DNA of 64,000 nt from the human T2T-CHM13v2.0 reference genome, Homo sapiens, in the NCBI RefSeq assembly GCF_009914755.1, contig NC_060927.1. One strand, written 5' to 3'. Shown here in pieces: positions 40,343-53,491 of this stretch (the first letter of the stretch is position 1; each line of letters opens with the position of its first letter). A model generated the notes under the pieces. That model was not told the DNA's origin and ran no database searches. It saw only the letters and a list, made by a program, of their open reading frames with translations. The position numbers and the translations under genes were made by a program.

Positions 40343-40830
40343 ATAGCCAAAACCTAACAGGTGTGAGGTCATATCTCATTGTGGTTTTGATTTGCATTGC
40401 CCTGGTGATTAGTGATGTTGAGCATCTTTCATCTGTCTATTGGCCATTTGCACGTCTTCTTTGGGAAAATGTCTATCCAAGTCTTTTGCCCATTGTTTAA
40501 TCAGGTTATGTTTTTTCACCATTGAGTTGTATGAGTTTCTTTCATATTTTGGATATTAGCCCCTTATTACGGTTAATGATATGATTTGCAAATATTTTCT
40601 TTCACTTTTTAGGTTGCCTCTTCATTTTGTTGATTTTTTTCCTTTGCTTTGCAGAAGTTGTTCAGTTTGATGTAGTTCCATTTGTCTGTTTTTATTTTTG
40701 TGGCTTGTGCTTCTGATTTTATTGCCAAGATCAATATCAAGGAGCTTTTTCTCTATGTTTTCTTTAGGAGTTTTGTGGTTTCAGGTCCTAGGTTTAAGAC
40801 TTTAATCCATTTTTAGTTGATTTTTAGCTG
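40343..40830 (-). mobile_element. L1MA/MB ORF2 3' fragment
   Basis: atatctcattgtggttttgatttgcattgccctggtgattagtgatgttgagcatc. Confidence 0.85.
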
Positions 40831-41757
40831 CTACGGGGAACTTAATTAGTTGATTATGACAAAAGCAGCCATTTCTCATGAGAGGTGTTGTTTCATCTGC
40901 CTTTTTTGTCAGACCTTGCATCACCTCTCCTGCCAGGAAGGTTTCCTTACCAGGAAGCAGTTGAGCAAATGTAAAACTAAATCCCTTTACAGCAAACCAA
41001 GCATAAGATGGGTGAATAAAGAAGTGACACAGGAAATTATTTTGGCCTCCTATAGAAAATTGTGATAATTAAAAGAGGAATGAAATGTAATGCACATATA
41101 TTCTTATTGATGATGGTTAGGATCCTTGTTTTCACTGAGCATGCATTATATGATTGGCACTCTGCTTGATGATGTAAACATAATAGATAGCAAATAGGAA
41201 CCTGTACTAATAATTTTATTAATACATATTTGAATAGCATTTCACAGCTTTATAAACAGTTTGACATAAATTATTTCATTTCACCCTCAAAAACCCCTTT
41301 GGGTAAGTAGACTAATCGTTTTTCTCTTCATTCTAGCACATAATTGTTATTTGCTGAATAAATTTTGAATTTATTCAGAAATGACTCAACATAATTCAAT
41401 GTTAAGGATTCTTATCCTTAGGTCACACAGCCTTTAAATTATCCAAATAAGTCTTATGTCCATATCACTGGGTTTCATGTTTTTTACATTCTTCAAATTT
41501 GTCTACACTTGTTCTAGTTCTTCAGAATATTGTTCCATTAGACCTATTCCTGACAATACTTTATATCTTTAGCTTCTAACATAATGCCAATGAAGGAATG
41601 AAAATAGTATATTTATGTGCGTAGAAGCCTCTTATCTTTTATTGGAAAAATGTCTCCATAAAAGAAATACATCAGAATACAGGGCAATGTGTAAGCCAGT
41701 CATATAAATAAATTCATTAAGTATTCTAATATGTTAAAAAGAATGCAATTAAATAAA

Positions 41758-42315
41758 TGTGATAGTCAGACTCTTTTAAATGTCCCCCAAATATTTCCCA
41801 CTTGATCCCCAGAACCTGTGAATGTGGTGAAGTATCACACCCATGCTTATGTCATGTGACCCTAAGATACAGATATTATCCAGGTGGGTCTGATATAATC
41901 ACAGGAAGCCATAAAGACAGAGCTCTTTCTTCAGCTGATGGCAGAAGAGGAAGTCAAAGAGATTTCATGCAGGAGAAGGATTCACTGCACTATAGCTGGC
42001 TGAAAGCAGGCCACATGAGAAGGAATGCAAGCAGCTATAGGACCTGAGAGAGGCCCCCATTTGGTGACCAACAAAGAAATGGAGATCTCAGCCTACAGCT
42101 GCAAGGGATTGAATCTACTCACAAGCAGAATTGCCCTGGAAGAAGAGTTCCAGAGCCTCCAGATAAAAGCCCAGGCTGGCCAATACCTTGATTTTAGCCA
42201 TGTAAGAGCCTAATAATAGAACCTAGTGAAGTGTGTCTGTATTTCTGACTTACAGGACTGTGAGATAAATAGACATTCTTTTATGCCACTGTATTTGTGA
42301 TAAATTGCAGTAATG
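41758..42315 (+). mobile_element. MLT1D/E-type MaLR LTR
   Basis: atccccagaacctgtgaatgtg; attatccaggtgggtctgatataatcaca; gagcctccagataaaagcccagg. Confidence 0.8.
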
Positions 42316-42451
42316 TAAAGCATAATAGCCGTGGCCAGAGTTTTCTATAATAGTGGCCAGAGTTTTCTATAAAAATAGAATAGCAGTGGCCAGAGTTTTC
42401 CATAAAATGTTCATGGGACTTGTTTTCCTAATGAAATCAGTGTTAACTCTA

Positions 42452-42945
42452 GTACTTATCTATTGCTATTGTAGCAAATTACCACAAACTTAGTGGCTTA
42501 AAACAATATGAATTTAGTAGCTTTACAGTACTGAAGGCCAAAAGTCACGAATGGGTCTCACTGAGCTAAAATCAGGCAGAGCTGTTTTCCTTTTTTGAAA
42601 GCTCTAAAGGAGTATCCACTTTTTTGCCTTTCCAGCTTCTAGAGACCAGCTGTCTGGCCTCTGGCCCCTTCCTCTATTTTCAAAGCCAGCAATGGCTTTT
42701 CAAGTCTTTCTCACATTGCATGATTCTGATACTGACATTTCTGCTTCCCTCTTCCACATAAGGAGCCCAGGTGATTACACTGAACCCATCCAGATAATAC
42801 AAAGTAATGTCTCCATCTCAAAATCAGTGAAATAGCAATCTTAACTTTATCTGCTTAATTATTCTTTGCCATTTAAATCACATATTCACAGGTTCAGGGA
42901 ATTAGAATGTAGACATCATTGTAAAACTATTATTTTGCCTATCAG
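42452..42945 (-). mobile_element. MLT1C/D-type MaLR LTR
   Basis: caaattaccacaaacttagtggcttaaaacaa; ccttccagcttctagag; catattcacaggttcagggaattag. Confidence 0.85.
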
Positions 42946-43881
42946 ATAATATGTTTTAAAAAAGATTTGTTGGTCAGGCAATGAATTGTGCAGAAACTAG
43001 CATTGATAAAATATTAACTGCATTTTTTTTTTCACTTATGGGTGAGATATTTACTTTTGAGTAAATTTTTTTCCTCAAAAAGAAAAGTTTAAAAAGATGA
43101 TGAGCCTTGGCAGTCCATGAAATATTTTGAATACTTACATGTACAAAGTTACATGCCAAAAATGTCCAAATTATTGAGAACTGTGATGGAGGAATTTATA
43201 GTAACAAGTATAATTTCTTACATGGTATAAATCTTTATTGTTTGAAAAATACTTTCCCAGATATTATCCCATTTATTTATTACATCTGTGAAGCTTTTGC
43301 CTATTCTCCTGGCCTGTGTTTCTCTCCTTTCTCAGAAGCGTTTTAAAGATATTCTTGTTAGAGCATTCATAAGAGTGTATTTTGATAATTCATTTAATAT
43401 TTGTCATTAGTGCAGGGGTGTCTCCATCTCATGAATGCTTGGGTAGTATCTGGCGCCTTTGTCTGCTAATACATGTTACTGATAATGAATGTGTCTTGAG
43501 TAAGTCTTTCCTAATAATTTATCCATAGAGAAAGAATAAACAGACTAGTGATGGTTGAGGTCAGCATTGCAGAACATGTTCCTCTGATTCTGATCTTAAT
43601 ATCTGAGCTAAACATATTAGTTAATCAAAATTTTAGCTAAAGTTTAAAAACAAACTTTATCAAGTAATATGACCACTTCTGTGATAGAATTTGTGTCAAA
43701 ATCCACATTTATTCAACCTAAGTAATATTTAGCTAAATGATATACCTTTTTATATGGTATAGTTTTTTATTTATGTTAATTAATTTTATGTACCTACAAA
43801 TATCTATGCATATGTATGAATAAATATCTCCATTTCTGCTGAGATATAGCTTATAAAGGCCACATATAAGTCCATTGTAGC

Positions 43882-43990
43882 TTAATCACTGTATTAAGGT
43901 ATGATTGACATATAAGAAACATACATATGTAATGTCTACATCTTTATGAACTTAGAGATAAGTATACACCTGTGAGACCATCACCAAAAC
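43882..43990 (-). mobile_element. L1MA/MB 3' terminal fragment
   Basis: tattaaggtatgattgacatataag...gataagtatacacctgtgagaccatcacc. Confidence 0.6.
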
Positions 43991-44191
43991 GATACGTTTT
44001 TAACAAGAATTTTCTGTTACAGTTTCTTTAAAAAAAAAAAAAGAAATCCCAACAGTCTTCATAATGACATATTGTCTCCTTTGCTTAATTATGTCTTTTC
44101 TCATTTTTAAAAATATGAAACATCTTTATTATTATTATCTATGTGTCTCAATATTCCTTCTTCTTGTTCCCACAGTATCTTGGCAGCTTAG

Positions 44192-44531
<340 letters not shown>

Positions 44532-44728
44532 TGTTTCCTTATTCTTACAATATGAAGGCACAGAGAATGCTTCTGGGTGCTCTTTCGTCTTTTCCACATA
44601 TTGTTTCCTGAGGAGATATTTCAGTGCCTTATGATACAAGAAAATTTAAACCACTATCTTTTTGTGATCCAAGAAATGTTTAAGGTTTTCTCTTCTTCAA
44701 TCTTAAGATAGAAATGATAGGGTAAGTG

Positions 44729-45010
44729 TGGTGTTTAGTTTTTTGTCCTTGGCGATAGTTTGCTGAGAATGATGGTAGGTGGGAATTGAACAATGAGAAC
44801 ACATGGACACAGGAAGGGGAACATCACACACCGGGGCCCGTTGTGGGGTGGGGGGAGGGGGGAGGGATAGCTTTAGGAGATATACCTAATGTTAAATGAC
44901 GAGTTAATGGGTGCAGCACACCAACATGGCACATGTATACATAATGTAACTAACCTGCACGTTGTGCACGTGTACCCTAAAACTTAAAGTATAATTAAAA
45001 AAAGAAAAAA
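44729..45010 (+). mobile_element. Short L1PA3/4-like 3' end with 5' inversion
   Basis: Forward 3'UTR 44777-45000 with A-tail; inverted ORF2-end piece 44729-44776; TSD agaaatgatagggtaagtg at 44710-44728 and 45011-45029. Confidence 0.93.
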
Positions 45011-45034
45011 AGAAATGATAGGGTAAGTGAACAA

Positions 45035-45195
45035 TCACTGGATCAGGAGAAGGAAGGCTTACATCTTAGACTGAACTTCCTATTCACTAGTTATAGCGTC
45101 TTGGGCAAATATTATAGCCTTTCTGATCCTAAAATTCCATATCTGTAAGTTATAGACAATAGCTACAATATGTGTTAGAAATAATTTAAAAATAC
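45035..45195 (+). mobile_element. MIR
   Basis: tcactagttatagcgtcttgggcaaat...atatctgtaagttatagacaatag. Confidence 0.55.
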
Positions 45196-47125
45196 CCAAG
45201 TATAGAAGATGATATAATAGGTACCAACTTATTGACTACCTACTTAAAAAAATAAGAACTAACAAATATTGAAACATATAATTCTCCCTAATAATATTCC
45301 CTTCCATTTATTCATCGGGATAATCTTTAAAACTTCATTTTGGGCAGATGATTTTCATATGCGGGTTTTAATTTTACTACATATATATAAATTCTTAGAC
45401 AAAATGTTGGTTTTTCATGTTACAGTTTATTTCAGTTTGTTTTGATAAATATTTAGAATTTTTCCGAAATTTTATTATTACAACATAAAAGTAAGCATTT
45501 TTGCACATCATGTCTTCCTGTGAATATGTGCAAGAGTTTTGAGAGGGTATATTGTAGGAGTAGAATTGATGGGTCATGGAGTATGCATGACTCACAATTT
45601 TAGTTAAATTTGCCAGATAGCATTCTACATTTGTTGTAACAATTTATACTCATACTACAATAAATAAAAATTCTCATTGTTTTACATGCTCACCAATATT
45701 TGGTTTGGGATATAAATATACCTCAATAGTTTATTTTTTTAAAAAAATTTAACATGTTTATAGAAGTATAATTGACTTAAATTATATATATTTAAAACAT
45801 AGAACTTGGTAAGTTTTGACATATGTATGTGTGTGGACAGATAGATGGATATATAGATAGATATACAGAGACCTGTGAAAAAAATCACCATAGTCAACAT
45901 AATGAATATATTTATCATTCCCAAGCATATCCTTATGCTCCTTGGGAAGCCCTTCCTCCTCATTTCCCTGACCCACACCAGTGTCCCAGATACCCACTGA
46001 TCTGTTTTTTGCCATTATAGATTAGTTAGCATTTTCAAATATTTTATATAAATAAAATGACACTGTGTGCATTTCTTCCTGGTCTGGCTTTTTAAATCTA
46101 GTCTGATTATTTTAAGATTTATTCATGTTGTAGTCTGTTTGAATAGTTCACTCAGTTTTATCACTGAAAGGTATCCCTTGTATGAATAGATCACAGTTAG
46201 TTTATCCATTCATTATTGAGAGACATTTGAGTTATTTCCAGTTTGGGGCTATTATAAATAAATTTTCTATAAACATTCATGTGCAAATCACTGTATGGAC
46301 ATACACTTTCATTATTTTTGTAAGCTCTCAGGAGTGAAATTATTGGATTATATGGTATGTTAAATTTAACTTTGTTTTCCAGAAGGGTTTCACCACTTTA
46401 CAACATAACCAGGAGAGAATGAGCATGTTGAAAGTTCTTTATGTATTCTGAATACAAGTTCTTTACAAAATATAAATGCAGATATTTTCTCCTAGCTTTT
46501 GGTTTGCCTTTTCTCAGTTAACAGTGCCTTTCTGATAGCAGAAGATTTTCATTTGGATGAAATCAAATTCCTTCCTTTTTCCCCCTTACTTTTGGGAGTC
46601 ATGCTTTTTATGTCATAACAACAACAACAAGATTTCTTAACACAAAATTATATAAATTTTCTTATATATAGTCTTCCAGAAATAGTATAGCTTTTACATT
46701 TAGTTCTCTGGTTCATTTTAGATTAATTTTCTATATGGTGTGAGGAATAGATCAAGGCTTTTGTTTTTTCAATATGGATATCCAGTAGCAACAGCACTAT
46801 GTTGAACTGTGGGATAGATTTTTTTTCTATTGAGTTACCTTTGTATTTTATTCAAAATTCAAGTGTGTGAATGTCTGGCTATATTTTTGGATTCTCTCTT
46901 TATTTCAGTAGTTTTACTTGTCTACCTGTAGACCTATATTAAACTGGATTACTATAACTCAGTAATAAGCATTAAAATTATAAAGTTACAGTGCAACTTT
47001 ATTTTTCAAAGGTTTTGTTTGTTCTTTTGCTATACTAGGTCCTTTGCATTTTAAAATAAATTTTAGAATGAGTATCAATTTCTACTAAAATAAATAGAAG
47101 TTTTGTGGTATTTAAATATAGAATT

Positions 47126-48300
47126 GTGATGTTATAAAATATATTTTTCTTCTCCTCCCTGTTTCCTGGTATACAACCTTTAAAATCCCTGGAATCTCTG
47201 GAGTGATGAATGTCTTTTGTTTGCTAACAAAATGACTGGTTGCTTTGGCCCCTAGATAGTTTTAAAATGGAAACTGGTCACCTAAAAGCCCAAAGCATGA
47301 TTAGAGTTAAGACTTTCAGCCCCATCAATCATGTCTACTTAAGCCTCCATAAGAACCCAAAAGGACTGGGTTTGGGATCCAGATTACTGAACACGTGGAG
47401 GTTCCTGCGGGATGGGGTGCCCAGACAGCGCACAGCTTGTGTTCCCTCCTCCATACCTTGCCCTATGCATCTCTTCCATCTAGCTGTACCCTTTGCAATA
47501 TCCTTTATAATAAATGGGTGAATATAAGTAAAGTGTTTTCTGGAGTTATTTGAGCCACTGTAGCAAATTAATGAAACCCAAGAAGGGAGTCATAGAAACC
47601 CCAATTTATAGCCAGTCAGTCGGATGTATAGGTCACAACCTGGGAAGTGTGGTTGGCATCTGAATTGGGGAGAAGTCATCTGGGACAGAGCCCTCAACCT
47701 GTGGGATGTTATACCATCTCTAAGTAGTGCCAACCAAAAATAACAACAGAAAGAGATTCTCCAAAGATGCGTTTATTTTGGAATAAGCAGAAGAATTGCA
47801 ATCCAGGAATACTTGTGCCATGGCACCCAATAAATGGCCATTGACGTACCCAGAAAGGCAAAGAAAGGAAAGGGTTTTTAGGAGCACTATGAGGGAAGTT
47901 ACATAAGTTGTTTTGAAATAATTATCCTTGGCTTCAAGGATCTATAACAATAGTGGCATCAGTCCAAGGTCGAATAGGTAGTTGCTGGGCAGATGTCTTT
48001 ATAAAGTACTATTTATAAAAGGTTGAGGGCCCTTTGTGGAAGGTTGTGGTTTCCAGAGAGTCTTTCTAATAATTTTAAACATAGATATGTGTGTGACAGC
48101 CCTTTCTTTATGGCCTCCTGACTATTTTGTTAGGGTTTGGCACGACTATTTTGATTCTGACAACTTTCATTGTAGTGTCAGAATTGAATTATAGGATATC
48201 CTGCTGGTGTCGACTAGAGAATCTGGTGTCAAAAGTGTTGTGTTTAGTGATGTGTGAGAGTAAGAAAAACACATTGGGTTTTATTTATCTTATCTATTAG
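47126..48300 (+). mobile_element. MER21-family LTR containing a nested LTR
   Basis: aaaatccctggaatctctggagtgatg; agcaaattaatgaaacccaagaagggagtc; gagccctcaacctgtgggat. Confidence 0.8.
47728..48171 (-). mobile_element. MER4-group ERV1 LTR (MER65/MER90-like) nested in MER21
   Basis: Minus strand TGAAAGTTGTCAGAATCAAAATAG...GACATCTGCCCAGCAACT; flanked by gtag at 47724-47727 and 48172-48175. Confidence 0.7.
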
Positions 48301-48329
48301 GAATGCTTCGATTCTATAAATAAATTTTC

Positions 48330-48792
48330 AGAGAATTGGCATAAGCTTCCTAGAGCCCTTTACCATTAGAATAATTAGAGTAACAGAGAATATGTTTAAT
48401 TCCTTCGGCAATAAGTTATGACAACACATACAAAGTGATATCCACCAGGAAAGCTGCCTGTGCCTAGGACTGCAGCATTTTACAGAGTTTTTAATGGGGA
48501 TGCATGTAGGTGCATAATACCTGTATGACTCACCACAGTTACTAAAGCTCCAGAGCCCCAGAAGGAACACTGGGATTCACATAAAGCACATGGTTTACTC
48601 AGACTATCTAGAAAACCTGGCACAGTTTGGTTCAAGGACACAAGCATGCAAAACACTCTTATCACAACATTCGAAGAGCCCAGTTCCCAGGAATCAGCCA
48701 AGGGCCATTCATGAAAACAGACAATTCATGAAAACTGAGAACACTTAAGGCTGGAGTCACTCATGCCTGCTGAGTAAACTCTTTCCTACACA
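48330..48792 (-). mobile_element. MER68/MER77-like ERVL LTR
   Basis: cccagttcccaggaatcagccaagggcc; gcctgctgagtaaactctttcctacaca. Confidence 0.6.
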
Positions 48793-50106
48793 CATTCAAT
48801 TCCAAGTTTGAGAAAAGTTTTCGTCAAGGCTGAACATTGAATTTTGTCTGTATCTTTTTTGAGATTGTCATTTTTTTTTCTGAGACTGTAAACATGATTA
48901 AATGCATCGATTTTCAAATATTAAATGAACCTTACATTATTGGCATTAATCCACTTGGTAATGAAGTAGTATAGTTTATATATGTTGTTGAATTTTATTT
49001 GCTAAGTTTGTTTAGAATTTTTGGTAAAGCTGGGTGATGTATTTCTTCCAATTTTCTATATTGTTACTTATTTTTTGTCTATTTCTTTTATGAATTACTG
49101 AGAGAGAGGTATTGAAATCTCCAACTATGGTTGTGGATTTCTTTTTTTCTTGCAGTTCTGTCATTAGTTGCTTCATTTTTTTTGGAAGATTTGTTAATTA
49201 TAAATATTTAGACTTATTTTAGTTTGACAATTTATTCATTTATTATTTAATAATTTTTTGTATATTTGGAAATAGTATTTTCTGTGTAACCTAGTTTATC
49301 TGATATTAATATGGCTCCTCAACTTGCTCTTGATTAGTGCTGGCAAGTTACATGTTTTTCTATCCTTTCCCTTTTAACCTGCTTACATCTTTACATATGA
49401 AGTTTGTTTGTTACACTTGGGTTTTAATTTTTTTTTCCTAATCTGACAGTCTTTGCTTTTTAGTTAGACAGTTTGCATTTAATGTAATTATTGTTGTGAT
49501 AACACTTAAATAGTTGCTATTTGTTTTCTTTTTGTGCCACATGTTATTTTTTCCCTTTCCTCTTTTTCACCTTCTTTTCAATCAGTTGAATTTTTTTTAT
49601 ATTTTCATTTTTCTTCTCCATTTTATTTACTTTTTTTCTTTTACATTAGTGGATGTTGTAAGGATTATTTACCTTTAGCTTATCTTTATGTCTTTAACAT
49701 CTGTAGCTCATCACCCTCTAACTTCTAGTGATATTATACCACTTGCAAATAGTGCTCAGTCTAGTGTTATTAATTCCCCATTAGTAAAGTAAGACCCTTA
49801 TGTGTACTTCCACGAAGCATAGATTTTCCATTCTTGCTGGTTAGAGCAGGATCTATTCACAGCTATGTTGAGTGCTGGATGTTGCTACCTCTAATCCTTT
49901 GTGGGTTTTCTTTTCTTAGCCTCAAGTATTTTCCTTACATACATGTACTAATCAGTTCTCAGATGAATGAATATGTAAGGGGGCCTTCTGCAGATCTCTG
50001 AAAATGTATTTATCTGTGTATTTATGTATGTGCAACTTTCTCCTTTCCAGGAAGTCCAGTCACATTGGTCTTCCAAGAACATCAGTAAGCCCATCTCCTG
50101 ATGGTA

Positions 50107-50605
50107 GATTAGTTACTTATTGCTAATGTAGCAAATCACCTCAAACATAGTGGCTTGAACCACCACAAATTTATGATCTTACAGTTCCATTGGTGAGAAC
50201 TGCAGAATGGATCTTGCTCTGCTAAAACCACGGAGTCAGCAGGGCTGAGTTCCTCTCTGCATGCTCTAGGGGAGAGTTCATTTCCTTGACTTATCCAGCA
50301 CTGGGAGGATGCCTAAATTCCATGGCTTGTGTCCCCTTCTTCCATCTTCCAAGTCAACAATGTTGCATCTCTCTAATCATTTTTCAACAGCCACATGTCC
50401 TTCTAACTCTAAACTGAGCTGGGAAAGTTTCTTTTATTTTAAAGACTCATGCGATTAGATCTAGATATCCAGGATTATCTCTCCATTTCAAGATTCTTAA
50501 TCAGCATCTGTGAAGTTCCTTTCCCATGTAAGGTAGCATATCCACAGGTAAAGGGGATTAGGACATGTACATCTTTGGAGGGCCATTATTATGCTGCTAT
50601 ATCTA
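50107..50605 (-). mobile_element. MLT1C/D-type MaLR LTR
   Basis: agtggcttgaaccaccacaaatttatgatcttacagttc; gctctaggggagagttc; ggggattaggacatgtacatctttgg. Confidence 0.8.
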
Positions 50606-50849
50606 GGTTCTACCTCACTACAACATGCCCTAGAAACTTTCTTAAGTCAATAAGCTGGTCTATTGGAGAGTTTATCTCCTGTGTTTCTCATCTCTTGCAA
50701 TTCTGGGTCTTTCACTGATTTCTATTTAGTGTCTTGAACACTGTGATTTCGTATATTTTTCTTCTTTTTTTAAAAGTTGTTTCACGGGAAAGAGTAAATC
50801 CAATATTTGTTACTCCAACCTAGCTAGAAGCACTTCTGTCCTTGGTACT

Positions 50850-52330
50850 CTACTGTTTTAAAATAAATTTTCTTGATTCTTCATAGGATTGGGCATCTTT
50901 TAGTTTCTTTTTCCTTGTTTACTTTTGCTATTCAGGTTTACTATTTAAGTTTCTTTTTGGGAAGTTTGTATTTTTTTCCTCTTGTTTTATAGAAATAATT
51001 TATATAATATATTCTAGAAAATAATCTTTTACCAGTTGTCTGGAATATATTTTCTTTCAGTATGTGTTTTACTGTAGACTCTCTTGTTCATGAGGAATTT
51101 TTATTTAAAGAAAGTTTTAATATTATTATAAACAGACATCTTTTCTTTTAGGCTTTGTGCTTAAGACATCTTTCCCTGTCATGCAGTCGTAAAGATATTC
51201 TAACATATATTTCTGCTAAAATTAGTTTTGCTTTTCACATCAGGTCTTTAATCATCTGAAATTTACTTCTTTGTATGATATGAAGTAGAGAGCACAATTT
51301 TTATATGGATAACAAATTATACTATTTATTGACTAATCCATTCTTTTCATAATGAATTATGAAATGCATTGCTATTTTCTTTAGTGCAGTCTTTTTATGA
51401 TAAATTCTTTTTTGAGAAATATCTTCAATATCACCTTCATTTTTAAAAAACTATTTTCATCAGGCAAAGAATTATAGTTTGCTGGGTATTTTCTTTTAAC
51501 CATTAATTATACCATTTCATTGTCTTATGTTTTCATTATATTTATTTTAAAATCATTGCTCAATTTTTGCTGTTACTTTGATGGTGTCTTTTTGTATTTC
51601 GTTTTCAAAAGTTTTACTAAAATATACTTAGGTATGGATTTTTAAAAGTTTATTTATCTCTAGTTACATATTTGGCTTGACATATTTTGTCAGTTTTGAA
51701 AAATTACCGTCTTCTGACCTATTCTCTCTCGCCACTTTCTCTTATTCTTCTTCCTCCTCTTCAACTCCAATTTCATAGACATTCAGTTTCTTCCCCACTT
51801 CCAATTTATCTTTTGACCTGTTCTGTATTTTCCATTATTTTTTATTGCCTCCCCATATTTCAGGTCAGATGTTTTCTACTGACCTAGTTTCTAATTAATA
51901 AATTATTTCTTCACCAGGGCCTATAATGTTATTAAAACTATGTGTTGAAATTGAAATCATTATATTTTAATTAAGGCATTATTCAGACTTTCTGAATAAT
52001 TATTTTTATACTTTCTCTTACCTCCCATGATTCATCATATTAAGTTATTAAACATTAATCACATATTAAGCACTTTAAAGTATAATTCTGATTTTTTAAA
52101 ATTGATTTTTAATGTATCTCTTTTTATCACCTATTTTTTCTTTTGATTTTTGTCCATTCTTGTCTGTATAGCTGTTTATTCTTGATAGGATGGCAGAAAC
52201 TGTGGAAGAAAATTAAAGAACTTCTTTGAGGCTTTGGATGATGTCTTCCTCTATGTATAATTTACTTTTATTTCTGGAAGACAGTTTAAAACATTAAGGA
52301 ATTGAATTGACTTGTACCTGGACTTCAAGT
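50850..52330 (-). mobile_element. L1ME-type fragments (ORF2 3' part and ORF1 region)
   Basis: ttttcacatcaggtctttaatcatctgaaattt; aagaattatagtttgctggg; ttttactaaaatatacttaggtatggattt. Confidence 0.5.
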
Positions 52331-53087
52331 GCAATTATTCATTATACAAGATAGCTGGTAAAATGTGTCCCCCAAAAGCGAGAACTAAAAGGCCACAAGC
52401 ATTCATTAAAGTATATATGTAGAAGAATCAAGGATGTTTTCATGAAACATAGCATTTGAGCAGGATCTGTGTAATACTTAGGAGTTTGACTACATAGTTT
52501 AGAGCAAGAGACTGAACAAGGAAAGCAGACAGTTGAGTCAGAAAAGTGACTTCAAAAAATAACATTGTTCAAGTTGATCTAATATATTCAAACACATACA
52601 TACACAAGCTTTTTATCATCACTCTCATTTTTTTTTCTGCAGATAAGCTGAGACCATCCTTGAAATAGACTCACTTTGGTGTAATCAAGTAAGAAATAAG
52701 AAATAGTGGTTTTCTGATTGCTCTTTCTCTATACAGAATATTTTATAAAATTGCCACTCAATTTGAATGTCATTGCTATCATGGTACAAAAGATTAACTC
52801 ATAAAGTGAAAGTTTACTTTCTTTTCATCAATGTACATTTGAATTTAAATATTAACTATCTTGATGATACAAGAGTTTTATTCAAAAACTGACTTTTTAA
52901 TGAAACCTAAGTCCTGAGAGCCCACTGAGTAAAATAACATTAAACAACGTTTCCTTTGCAGCTCAGAATCTCATCTGTAAAATGAGACTTTAGTGATTTG
53001 TGTAATTCATTCAACAAATAAGAGACCACCTTTATGGACCAAATATTTTCCTAGTAACACAATAGTACTTTCATTGTAGGATTGATA

Positions 53088-53491
53088 TGTGTTTTCTGTC
53101 TTTTATCTTCACTCCCAGAACCAACCTCATTGTACTCCCTGAGAAATGCCAGCACCAAACAGTGCTTGCTCCTCAAAGTTTGCGTCCTAGCTCCACACGT
53201 TTCTTTTCTAACAGCATAAGGTGTTCAGCCTTCCTTCTGAAGAGGTCTGGCTCCTGCTCTGAGGGAACTACTTTCAAATACTAATTGTTAAAAACACCTA
53301 CCTCTTCCCTTTTTTTAGCCTCATGTCCAGAAATGATAGCTGTTTCCTGCAGAAAATATTTCTTTGGCATCTCAATGTTTCCTAATTTGTATTTCAGTCT
53401 TCTAATATTTATATATCCAATAACTTATATTTTTTTCTGTTAAATTAATTGGCATATTTTATGTGGTCTTGATGGGACCTTGACTGATAAA
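53088..53491 (+). mobile_element. LTR33/LTR41-like ERVL LTR inside an L2 remnant (~52990-54100, minus strand)
   Basis: ttagcctcatgtccagaaatgatagctgtttcctgcag; terminal gggaccttgactgataaa. Confidence 0.5.

Larger units (their letters stand above)
45740..50830 (-). mobile_element. Fragmented L1MD-like element hosting several LTRs
   Basis: 3' end acatgtttatagaagtataattgac...cactgatctgttttttgccattatagattag; antisense ORF2 motifs at 46.4-47.1 and 48.8-49.7 kb; 5' region motifs at 49.8-50.8 kb. Confidence 0.65.

Noticed and set aside
42324-42405. Spaced direct repeats resembling a CRISPR array
   Set aside because: Three copies with 2-13-bp spacers in primate DNA and no cas genes; not CRISPR
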